From: Auanema rhodensis
Taxonomy: Eukaryota > Animalia > Nematoda
DNA length: 64,000 nucleotides
Direction: 5' to 3'
Assembly: GCA_964057225.1 (NCBI GenBank)
Contig: OZ059898.1
Coordinates: 10,974,001-11,038,000, forward strand
The first letter of the stretch is position 1. Every line of letters begins with the position of its first letter. A model generated the notes under the pieces. The model ran no database searches. It had not been told where the DNA came from and saw only the letters and a list, made by a program, of their open reading frames with translations. Below, one piece after another: positions 27,401 to 37,013 of this stretch. The translations under genes and the position numbers were made by a program.

Positions 27401-29360
27401 TCAAACCAGCGCCTTAAATGTTTGGCTCAAAATGAAGCTAATAACTGTTGTTATCATGTCATTCTGGCCGAGTGGTCTAAGGCGCTGCGTTCAGGTCGCA
27501 GTCCTCTCCGGAGGGCGCAGGTTCGAATCCTGCGGATGACAGTATCTTTTTGGAAACCAAATCACTTTTTTAATTTCAAACCAGCGCCTTAAAGTTTTGG
27601 CGGAAACTGAAGCTCACAACTGTTTTTGCCATGTCATTCTGATCTAGTGAACTGAGGCGCTGCGCCCGTTTGCAGTATTATCCGTATTGCTTTGAAAACC
27701 GAATCATCTTTCTAATTTCAAACCAGCGCCTTAAATTTTTGGCTCAAAATAAAGCTAATAACTGTAGTTATCATGTCATTCTGGCCGAGTGGTCTAAGGC
27801 GCTGCGTTCAGGTCGCAGTCCTCTCCGGAGGGCGCAGGTTCGAATCCTGCGGATGACAGTATTTTTTTGGAAACCAAATCACTTTTTTAATTTCAAACCA
27901 GCGCCTTAAAGTTTCGGCGGAAACTGAAGCTCACAACTGTTTTTGCCGTGTCATTCTGAACTAGTGAACTGAGGCGCTGCGGCCAGTTCGCAGTATTATC
28001 AGTATTGCTTTGAAAACTGAATCATTTTTCTAATTTCAAACCAGCGCCTTCAATGTTTGGCTCAAAATGAAGCTAATAACTGTTGTTATCATGTCATTCT
28101 GGCCGAGTGGTCTAAGGCGCTGCGTTCAGGTCGCAGTCCTCTCCGGAGGGCGCAGGTTCGAATCCTGCGAATGACAGTATCTTTTTGGAAACCAAATCAC
28201 TTTTTTAATTTCAAACCAGCGCCTTAAAGTTTTGGCGGAAACTGAAGCTCACAACTGTTTTTGCCATGTCATTCTGAACTAGTGAACTGAGGCGCTGCGC
28301 CCGTTCGTAGTATTATCAGTATTGTTTTGAAAACCGAATCATCTTTCTAATTTCAAACCAGCGCCTTGAATTTTTGGCTCAAAATAAAGCTAATAACTGT
28401 TGTTATCATGTCATTCTGGCCGAGTGGTCTAAGGCGCTGCGTTCAGGTCGCAGTCCTCTCCGGAGGGCGCAGGTTCGAATCCTGCGGATGACAGTATCTT
28501 TTTGGAAACCAATTCACTTTTTTAATTTCAAACAAGCGCCTTAAAGTTTCAGCGATAACTGAAGCTCACAACTGTTTTTGCCATGTCATTCTGAACTAGT
28601 GAACTGAGGCGCTGCGCCCGTTCGCAGTATTATCAGTATTGCTTTGAAAACCGAATCATTTTTCTAATTTCAAACCAGCGCCTTAAATGTTTGGCTCAAA
28701 ATAAAGCTAATAACTGTAGTTATCATGTCATTCTGGCCGAGTGGTCTAAGGCGCTGCGTTCAGGTCGCAGTCCTCTCCGGAGGGCGCAGGTTCGAATCCT
28801 GCGGATGACAGTATCTTTTTGGAAACCAAATCACTTTTTTAATTTCAAACCAGCGCCTTAAAGTTTTGGCGGAAACTGAAGCTCACAACTGTTTTTGCCA
28901 TGTCATTCTGATCTAGTGAACTGAGGCGCTGCGCCCGTTTGCAGTATTATCCGTATTGCTTTGAAAACCGAATCATCTTTCTAATTTCAAACCAGCGCCT
29001 TAAATTTTTGGCTCAAAATAAAGCTAATAACTGTAGTTATCATGTCATTCTGGCCGAGTGGTCTAAGGCGCTGCGTTCAGGTCGCAGTCCTCTCCGGAGG
29101 GCGCAGGTTCGAATCCTGCGGATGACAGTATTTTTTTGGAAACCAAATCACTTTTTTAATTTCAAACAAGCGTCTTATAGTTTCAGCGGAAACTGAAGCT
29201 CACAACTGTTTTTGCCATGTCATTCTGATCTAGTGAACTGAGGCGCTGTGCCCGTTTGCAGTATTATCCGTATTGCTTTGAAAACCGAATCATCTTTCTA
29301 ATTTCAAACCAGCGCCTTAAATGTTTGGCTCAAAATGAAGCTAATAACTGTTGTTATCAT

Positions 29361-29444
29361 GTCATTCTGGCCGAGTGGTCTAAGGCGCTGCGTTCAGGTC
29401 GCAGTCCTCTCCGGAGGGCGCAGGTTCGAATCCTGCGGATGACA
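29361..29444 (+). tRNA. tRNA-Leu(CAG), last copy left of the retroelement
   Basis: Consensus 84-nt cloverleaf. Confidence 0.97.
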
Positions 29445-29669
29445 GTATCTTTTTGGAAACCAAATCACTTTTTTAATTTCAAACCAGCGCCTTAAAGTTT
29501 TGGCGGAAACTGAAGCTCACAACTGTTTTTGCCATGTCATTCTGATCTAGTGAACTGAGGCGCTGCGCCCGTTTGCAGTATTATCCGTATTGCTTTGAAA
29601 ACCGAATCATCTTTCTAATTTCAAACCAGCGCCTTAAATTTTTGGCTCAAAATAAAGCTAATAACTGTA

Positions 29670-29674
29670 GTTAT
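29670..29674. repeat. Target-site duplication GTTAT (left copy; right copy at 37430-37434)
   Basis: Empty unit reads CTGTA GTTAT CAT-tRNA. Filled site reads CTGTA GTTAT [element] GTTAT CAT-tRNA. Confidence 0.93.
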
Positions 29675-30090
29675 TTTTGAAGATAGAGGGCTCTTCAAAT
29701 AGCCTCCCAGGTTCACACTTTCTATTCTATGCCCTGTTAACGTAAAATACTATTAGAGGAAGAAAGATTCATTCATATGCCATTCAGATATACATAATAC
29801 AGAATATAAGGACTAGAAGATATATAATAAGACTAGATAAAATACATAGAAGACTAGAGTGAATGTAATAAGACTAGATATACATCACTAATGAGACTAG
29901 AGATAGTCTTACTAAAGGACAAGGATAAAACGGTGGTTCAGACTAGATGAGTCATAAGATAAAGACAGCAACGAGGAGAGAGAAAAGCGACCGTCCGCGA
30001 CGGTGGTATAAAAACAGAGTGCCCGTGAATCTCATCAGCCAACGTGATGAGATTGCATCGATTGAATGATGGATAATCGCATTCGCGATA
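29675..30090 (-). repeat. 3' LTR (416 bp)
   Basis: Reads TTTTGAAG...ATTCGCGATA on +. No difference from 37014-37429 seen by eye. Confidence 0.96.
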
Positions 30091-30100
30091 TTCCGGGCCA
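30091..30100 (-). promoter_or_regulatory. Putative plus-strand primer site (PPT position), TGGCCCGGAA abutting the 3' LTR
   Basis: Called by position. GC-rich ...CCGGAA resembles the atypical PPTs of nematode BEL elements. Confidence 0.55.
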
Positions 30101-30123
30101 GGAGAGAGAAATCAGAACTGATT

Positions 30124-30453
30124 TCATTCTGCTAGTTCCTCCGCAAACTGCAGCTTGCATAATACACCAGGATGATCGTGGTCCAGTCCGCTTCCTTTGC
30201 ACACATGACATATTTTCTTCATCTTCTCCACACACGGTTTTCCAAAGTGGTTCCGCAAACACTTCAAGCACATGTTGATCAACTTGCAACGCTTGACGCG
30301 TTGTGCTGCAGTCTTGTAGACTGTGCATTTTCCCATGGTGTGGCCCTTCTTCCAACAGAGTTGACATTTCATGTCTTCTTCCATTTTTCTGTACTTCACT
30401 TTAGAGTTGTTCTGCTTTTTTGGTGCAGACGTATTCTGACTTTTGTTAGGCAT
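30124..30453 (-). CDS. Basic nucleocapsid-like protein with three BEL-Gag-type zinc knuckles (possibly a spliced terminal exon starting at 30517)
   Basis: CQLCWKKGHTMGKC (CX2CX4HX4C), CLKCLRNHFGKPC, CHVCKGSGLDHDHPGVLC; Lys-rich. The frame stays open upstream through a strong ATTATTTCAG acceptor (AG ends at 30518). Confidence 0.82.
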   Translation of the reverse strand: MPNKSQNTSAPKKQNNSKVKYRKMEEDMKCQLCWKKGHTMGKCTVYKTAAQRVKRCKLINMCLKCLRNHFGKPCVEKMKKICHVCKGSGLDHDHPGVLCKLQFAEELAE

Positions 30454-30680
30454 CTTTGAGTTGCCGTTATCCTGGAGTTGATCAAGGGAATCGCTCCATT
30501 CTTTGATGTTATCAAGACTGAAATAATGATGGTTTTTATACGTAGTATACCTCCCCGCGGCAAAATGATAAATTGTGTAGGACTGGTGTAAATCAAATTG
30601 AACAATCGTTTGCTATGATAGGGAACTAAGAAATCGAGAAAATAAATCGAGGACTCACTGGGTATTGAACCCGTCATCAA

Positions 30681-33600
30681 TCACTGAGAGTGCGTACCCT
30701 TAGCCACTGCGCTATGACTGGCTCGAACTACAATCTTGAACAACAAATGAATTGTGAAAAAAATGATGCGAAAAGGAATTGCGCAGATAATAAGTATTTG
30801 TATGGGTAAATATGCTAGGAGAGCGGGTGTACTTGACAACTGGAAGACGCGGTCAATTACGGCGGTTACAAAGCCGAGTACTGTGATCAAAACACTCAAT
30901 AGTATTACAATCGTTTTAAGGTAGTCCGAGTAAAACGAAACAAGTGAGCTGATTAAGTGAGTGGGTACAAAAAAGCTCGGTATGGTAAACTCGACGTTCA
31001 GGAGACTGAATGAACTGTTTGTAATCTGATGAGTGGACTGTTCAAAACCTATGTATTCGTTCACGTAGTACAAGTTGCCTTTGAGATGTAATGTGGCGGA
31101 AGTACACGGATGAGTACACGTTATAGACGGTGTTGAAAAATTGCTCTGTATGGGAATAGAGTTGTTGTAACCCTGAGAATTGCATGTAAGCAGAAATTCT
31201 TCATCGTCGCACGAAATTCGAATGTGGGATGATGTACTGATGCAAGTAATGATTGTTGTTGCTCCAGTAACACAGTCAAAACATCCAACTAGGTCTTTGG
31301 ATTTTAGTTCGCAAATAGTAGGACTATTGTCGTATTCATAAGTGACATCTGAGATATTTGTCCACATTTTAATGTCAACAGCGCTTATGGGATGAGCAAA
31401 AATGAGATTGTTTTTTGGGATCATGGTCAGAGATGGAAGAGATAATGGTAGGGTGTAGTTATTAGTATAGAGCATGTTAGGATTGCTGTCCTGACAATAG
31501 CAATTTTCGACTGTTTCGGCTGGTCTGCATGAACATGTGTCTGTTACAGTACATTCGGAGAATGGGTCAGCGGTTTTAACTTTTCCGCACGAGTATGAAA
31601 ATGTAGCAGAGTGAGGTAAAACTGCAATTCTCGAGTTGGAAGTAATGAATCGTCTATGGAGGATTTCATTATCAGAATATGTTATTCTCCCAAGAGTAAT
31701 ATGGTACCCGTTAATGATTTTTGTAGAGTGTGGTAAAAAGGGGACGTGCGAGATCGTTTCAGTTTTGTTCTCAATAGCTGTATGGATGCTAATCTGGAGA
31801 AAAACCCTAGGTGTCCATCGTGAGCAGTAGAAAACTTCGTGGGTGATATTGTCATTGGGAACATGAAAGTTGCGATAGAAGAGACAACCAGAAGTTGGCA
31901 ACGCACAACCGCATGATAGAAATCCACAGCTTTCTGAACAATAGCTGGTACCTGGATATTGGTTGGCTAATGAGAGTTCTGAGATTGATGTATTGGGTCG
32001 AACGTTCGCACAAAACGATCCTACACAAGAGCCCATATGGGGACACCGTTTTGCGGATTCAGTTTTTACGATGGTGTGACGTGTAAAAAATAAGGATACT
32101 TTCGTGCACAGTATACGTGTATACATAAGTTTGATGCGCAGGTGTGAGTTCGTGAGGGGATTGGCGTATGATCGGTTTGAATGTGAAGTTGTGAAACATA
32201 CCTCATTATCGTAAGTATGGAGGGTGGTGGAGCTGCTGACTTGGTTGACTTGGTGGGTAGGTGATAAGTTCGAGACGGAGTTGCCTGGAACATGTGATAT
32301 ACTCGGAGGAACAATAGTACATGCATTAACTACAAGAGATTCAATCAAAAAAATGACGATTATTGCAACCAAAAGATACCCGACTCGGTGAACTAATCGG
32401 TCACGTTGTCGTGATCGTTGTGAGGGTGTAGACTTCTGCCATCGAGGTAGCTTGTGAGAACTGAGCGGGACGTACTCGAGTACCGATCGTTCTTCCTGAA
32501 TAGAGATATGAGATCTTATATGAGATGGGAGACATTGAGTGATCATACGCCAAACGGAAAAAAGGGTGTATTGTGCAATATGAACAAATTTTTTAGAACA
32601 AATTCGGATGACTATGATGCTTAAAAGAATGCTAAATAGAATGAGCCATATGATGAGTGCGGTCGCCGAGAGTGCTGCGTATGGGAAACAAGATGGGTTG
32701 TGGAGTAGTTCAAGACAGAACAGACATTGAATCATATCGCAAAACGGAGTTGCTGGACAATCCAGTTGATGCAATGCAAATGTGTCATTTTTATCGATAA
32801 TATGTCGTGAGATGAATGTGTGGTCATGCAATACAACATGAGCCGGAAATACTATGGTGAAGTTGGGAGTATTTGGGTTGTACTCTACACATGTTTCTCG
32901 GGCACAAACTCGGATGGGATGTCCAGTACCGCAGTTTGATATGCCTACTCCTCCTTTGATGCAAGAGAACTGGCAGATGTTGGTTGCGGACATTGTATTG
33001 ACGAGAATACCCAGTATCATGGCTATGAAAAAATGTGTGTAACTGGGGAGACGTTGTCGTTTTCGAGGTTGTGGTTCATTTTCACCTTCATCATCTGCAA
33101 TGGTGATCACTTCGATGTCATCATCATCGTTGATAGTGATAACGTTTGGGTCTATCACGTTTTCAGTTGTATTGGGTCCGGTCGATGTGCTGGTTTCCAC
33201 AACGGTGGATACTTCGTTATCGAGTAAAATGACCTCTGGAGTTTCTTTAAACGTGACAGTTTTGTCTGATTTGTGTGGGGACTGCGTATGACTGTTTTCC
33301 GTATGATGCTCGTTGTCGGAAGGAATTTCAAGGGGAATCAGGCGATTGATGGGTCTAATTAGTTTGTGTCCATCAGATGTACGGACTTCTGCAACTCTCA
33401 CAGATTCCGTGTTCTGTATGCTTGTTATTAAACCCATTTTCCACTGGTTTCGTTTCGTATTGTCATCTGACATTAGCACTACTGTGCCTACTTTTGGTGT
33501 AGCTGTGGAGAAATGTCCTTGCTTGTGATCCAACATGTGTGTTGCTCGAAGGGCGACGACATATTCATTATGCCATCGTTGCCAAATTTTGTCAAGTGTT

Positions 33601-34223
33601 TTCTGAATGTTGTTTAAATGTTTTTGTATTCCAGAAAAGAAACTCATCTCTAAATTTTTTCTGGAGTATTTCATTCTGTTCATGTCATTTTGCAATGTTG
33701 TTGAGTCATGTACTGTAGAGTCAAATGAACTCTGATAGTCATCGAGTTCATCTCGGCGAAGTTGGATAAGTTGAGTATATTCCTCAACTTCGCCTGTGTT
33801 CACAATGAGATCTCTCTCATCACAATAGTCCAAAATGCCCTTGATCAGTTTTGCAACTGTGGGCGGATGTTCTTCGCCAATGTCTTTGGTGACAAGTTGG
33901 TCGATTTCATGAGCTTTCATGGTCTTATGGGCTTGAGGGTGTTTGGCCAACATCCTTTTATAGCTACCTTGGTATAATTCCAACCAAGTTGCTGGGTAGT
34001 CCACATGGGTGCGTTCCTCGAGCACCACTCGATGTTCGTCTAACTGATCTCGTAGTGATCGGAAGACGTCCCCAACCGGGATGGCTTTATAATATATACG
34101 CATCAAGCTAGGCTTGTGCGTATGTATGAACTCTCGACATCTGTCAATGTCATCAACCGGGGGGAAGATGAATGCTTGATGGTACGGGAGGATGTCCTCC
34201 TTCACCGTGTTGAACAACTTCAA
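30681..34223 (-). CDS. env: Retroelement polyprotein: Gag-N-like helical region, BEL integrase C-terminal domain (DUF5641-like), linker, short Gn-like glycoprotein and phlebovirus-like class II fusion glycoprotein Gc
   Basis: aa ~212-300: IWQRWHNEYVVALR..PKVGTVVLM..RNQWKMGLI..VRVAEVRT..RPINRLIPLEI. Signal FFIAMILGILVNTMSA. Gn motif CPATPFCDMIQCLFCLELLHNPSC plus TM. Second signal ..LIESLVVNA|C at aa ~635. Gc motifs KRCPHMGSC and YPGTSYCSESCGFLSCGCALPTSGCLFYR. C-terminal TMs. 1180 codons without a stop; true start uncertain (see findings). Confidence 0.93.
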   Translation of the reverse strand: MKLFNTVKEDILPYHQAFIFPPVDDIDRCREFIHTHKPSLMRIYYKAIPVGDVFRSLRDQLDEHRVVLEERTHVDYPATWLELYQGSYKRMLAKHPQAHKTMKAHEIDQLVTKDIGEEHPPTVAKLIKGILDYCDERDLIVNTGEVEEYTQLIQLRRDELDDYQSSFDSTVHDSTTLQNDMNRMKYSRKNLEMSFFSGIQKHLNNIQKTLDKIWQRWHNEYVVALRATHMLDHKQGHFSTATPKVGTVVLMSDDNTKRNQWKMGLITSIQNTESVRVAEVRTSDGHKLIRPINRLIPLEIPSDNEHHTENSHTQSPHKSDKTVTFKETPEVILLDNEVSTVVETSTSTGPNTTENVIDPNVITINDDDDIEVITIADDEGENEPQPRKRQRLPSYTHFFIAMILGILVNTMSATNICQFSCIKGGVGISNCGTGHPIRVCARETCVEYNPNTPNFTIVFPAHVVLHDHTFISRHIIDKNDTFALHQLDCPATPFCDMIQCLFCLELLHNPSCFPYAALSATALIIWLILFSILLSIIVIRICSKKFVHIAQYTLFSVWRMITQCLPSHIRSHISIQEERSVLEYVPLSSHKLPRWQKSTPSQRSRQRDRLVHRVGYLLVAIIVIFLIESLVVNACTIVPPSISHVPGNSVSNLSPTHQVNQVSSSTTLHTYDNEVCFTTSHSNRSYANPLTNSHLRIKLMYTRILCTKVSLFFTRHTIVKTESAKRCPHMGSCVGSFCANVRPNTSISELSLANQYPGTSYCSESCGFLSCGCALPTSGCLFYRNFHVPNDNITHEVFYCSRWTPRVFLQISIHTAIENKTETISHVPFLPHSTKIINGYHITLGRITYSDNEILHRRFITSNSRIAVLPHSATFSYSCGKVKTADPFSECTVTDTCSCRPAETVENCYCQDSNPNMLYTNNYTLPLSLPSLTMIPKNNLIFAHPISAVDIKMWTNISDVTYEYDNSPTICELKSKDLVGCFDCVTGATTIITCISTSSHIRISCDDEEFLLTCNSQGYNNSIPIQSNFSTPSITCTHPCTSATLHLKGNLYYVNEYIGFEQSTHQITNSSFSLLNVEFTIPSFFVPTHLISSLVSFYSDYLKTIVILLSVLITVLGFVTAVIDRVFQLSSTPALLAYLPIQILIICAIPFRIIFFTIHLLFKIVVRASHSAVAKGTHSQ

Positions 34224-37001
34224 CGCGTGAGTTATATTTCTTTTTAAACAACTTAACTGTCTTGCTAAGGCAGTCAGGTTACGAGTTACGAGTTTCCGAT
34301 GGAGAAGAGGGACTCATAATCATTTTGTTTGAAGAGAAATATTATTGTTCAAGTTAATTTTGTGTTTAATCTAGCTAATTTGTGGATTGATTATTAAAAT
34401 CAATTGAATTAAAGTCCGAATATAATAGCTGTCGATAGAAGGAATAACAATATATAATATAAATAGGAATATAAATAAACAAGTAATATAAGCAAATAAG
34501 ATAAGCAAATAGTTCACTATTAGAAGGTACAATGAATATTTAGTTGAATATTTGTTAACAGTTTTTTCTTTGGAGAGTTATACTGTTAGTTTTTTCGTGT
34601 AGTTGTTACTGTTTCGTTAAATTACTTGTGTGGAATCTTTTGTAAAAAAATGTATGTTTTATCTTTTGAATATATTTTTTTTTTTTTTTGTTAGCTAAGT
34701 TAGTATATTTTTAATTTTTTTTTTTTTTTTTTTTAAAATGGAGATTGTTCAGGCAAAGATAATTCAATAAGTATCTTTCTCTGGTTAAAAAAGAAAAATT
34801 GGATGATTCACTAGATGAGAGAACAATTCAAGTTGAGAGATTACTGTAGGAAATAGAGAGAAAAAATTGAGTTTCCCAAAATCGATCAAAAAATGTGAGC
34901 AAACTAGCTTGGATGAATTCAGTAAAGTTTTCTGAGTAATTTGATACTAAATATGCTGTTGTTTTTTATCAAAAAATATAATATCAATATTAATATTAAT
35001 TGGTTGAAATATAATAAGGATATCCAAAAAATATTCAAAATATTATTGTTTGATTGATCAGAAAGTATGTGTATGAAAAGGATGAGTGATTTGAGACAAA
35101 AGATTTATTTCTGGACAGATGAACAAAGGAAATTGTATAAGATAACAGATGTGAATGAAATATAAACAATATAAAATGTGAAATAATAAAATTAAAATAA
35201 AACAAATTGAAATTATAAAATAACTTACCAACTTAATGTAAATGTATAATTGATACCAGAGAGTATCAATTCAAATTCAATAAGCGGTTAAAGTGTTAAT
35301 GCGAACAAATGAAAACTAACTTGATTCTCCTTGAGGATCCTTGATGTCGATTGTCCTTGTCTGGTGAATAGGTTAGCAGATGGCGTCGGGTGCTGTGGCT
35401 GGTTGTAGCGGCGGAATGAATGACCTGTCTGGCAGCTAGGCCGTGTGGGATGTTAAGAGGGAGGAGCTAATCTGCAAAAAGTATATGTAAGATTATTAAA
35501 TGAGATTATTTAATGCGTTTGAAACAAAACGAGTGGGTTAACTTCTCATAACATTTTAAAATGTTTTGATATTCCATGTCATTCGATGATGACCTAGATA
35601 ATGTGTGAGAGATGTTTGCGTGGTGCTAATGGCGCCGCACCAGGTCAATGAACAGATGGCAACATCTTTTGTCTTTTTTCGCGTATCTTGTCAACATATT
35701 TGCTAAAATCGACTTTTTGGTGCAAAATGTTGGAAATATCTCTTAACCTTTGCTGAGATTTATATTTTATGCTTTAACATGCGTAGGATGATAATTCGTA
35801 GCTCTTTCGTGTCTTATCATTATCTCATCTATGTAGGATGGGATATTATGATGTTTTGTGATTTTTCACAGAAATTTTCATCTGCGTAGGATTTTAACAA
35901 TATAGTTAATGTATTTTGTCCTATAGAACGTGGGTGATGATCTTATATAAGATAAAATATATAAATTTTATGAATTTCATGATTTGGACTCTGACCTTTC
36001 TCATTGACCCGTTGGTCGTTACATATGACTCATATGGTTGGAAACAATAGATTTACAGACAATGGATGAATAAAGAAATTTAAAAACTATAAAACAAGCC
36101 GTAAATAGTAAAAACTCGGAACTCTTTCGCATTTTTATATAAACAACACCTACCGAGAGTGCAAGGGTACCAAACAAACATCAACAAGTAGGTCAACAGA
36201 CGTTCCTTGTTGATAGGCTCCTTCCACACATGTTCACAAATAATCGTTGATCTCTAAGATACTGACTCCTTTACAGATGAGGAAACAGACAGCATTACTC
36301 ATATAGCAAGGAGACATTGGTCTAAGATGCCTTTTAGTCACCTATTCAATTGATTCACAATTGTTAAAATAACTTTTGCACTCGAAGTCTATCAAAACTG
36401 TTTGCAATGATTATTGAAAGTTACGTAAAATATAAAAGATATAAAAAGGTCTCAAAATCAAAGAATAAATGAATAAATAGCGTTTTTAGACGGTAGCTTT
36501 GCTAATGCGTAATTCATATCATTGTTTCTCACTGTCCTCAGTCAGTAAAAATAAGATCGCCATAAAATGTGTTTGTTGGTACTTTGTCTGCATTTTTCTC
36601 GTACTCTCGCATATTCTTCCTAGGAAAATACTGTGAAACATAATAAGGGGTGATCAATCCCAGCTGAGTCACTGCCGGCAAGTTAAAGGAAGTAGCCATT
36701 GGGTAATCCAATAGAGTTTATATAGCGAACAACCCACTATGTTACTTTCTGTAATCATGTGGTACAAAAATATGGTATCAACCAAAATTTTAAATAATGT
36801 TTAATTATCACTGATATCTAGACAATATTTAACAACCAATTATGTCATACTGACATACGATTCCTTTAGAGTATTTAGATCAGTGAACTTATACTGTAAA
36901 GGACATCCAACGAGTCACTATTAACGAGCAGACTGGCTTGAAGAAAAAAAAAGAAAAAAGATAAAGTAGCGCAATAGAAAGGTCATAGAGTAGAAAGTGA
37001 T

Positions 37002-37013
37002 GCCGATGCACCA
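37002..37013 (-). promoter_or_regulatory. Primer-binding site TGGTGCATCGGC, complementary to the 3' end of tRNA-Gly(GCC)
   Basis: Begins TGG directly after the 5' LTR. The + strand reads GCCGATGCA-CCA, matching the invertebrate tRNA-Gly(GCC) acceptor end (GCATCGG.../...CCGATGCA-CCA). Confidence 0.85.

Larger units (their letters stand above)
1..29674 (+). repeat. Tandem tRNA-Leu(CAG) gene array, left segment (~93 tRNA copies, 317/318-bp unit; runs off the left edge of the window)
   Basis: tRNA starts at 166, 484, 801, 1118, 1435 ... 29361. (29361-166)/~317.3 = 92 intervals. Units are near-identical. Confidence 0.98.

Noticed and set aside
30681-32984. Independent phlebovirus endogenous viral element or domesticated host fusogen (EFF-1/AFF-1-like)
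   Set aside because: The glycoprotein is fused to a BEL integrase C-terminal domain and bounded by identical LTRs with a TSD, so it is a retroelement env.
30035-33977. Short overlapping/antisense ORFs inside the element (e.g. 30035-30367, 30172-30459, 30396-30680, 31636-32326, 32854-33977)
   Set aside because: Shadow frames of the env and zinc-knuckle ORFs with no recognisable motifs.
37002-37013. Idea that the element primes on the array's own tRNA-Leu
   Set aside because: A Leu-CAG PBS would read TGGTGTCATCC; the observed TGGTGCATCGGC matches tRNA-Gly(GCC).
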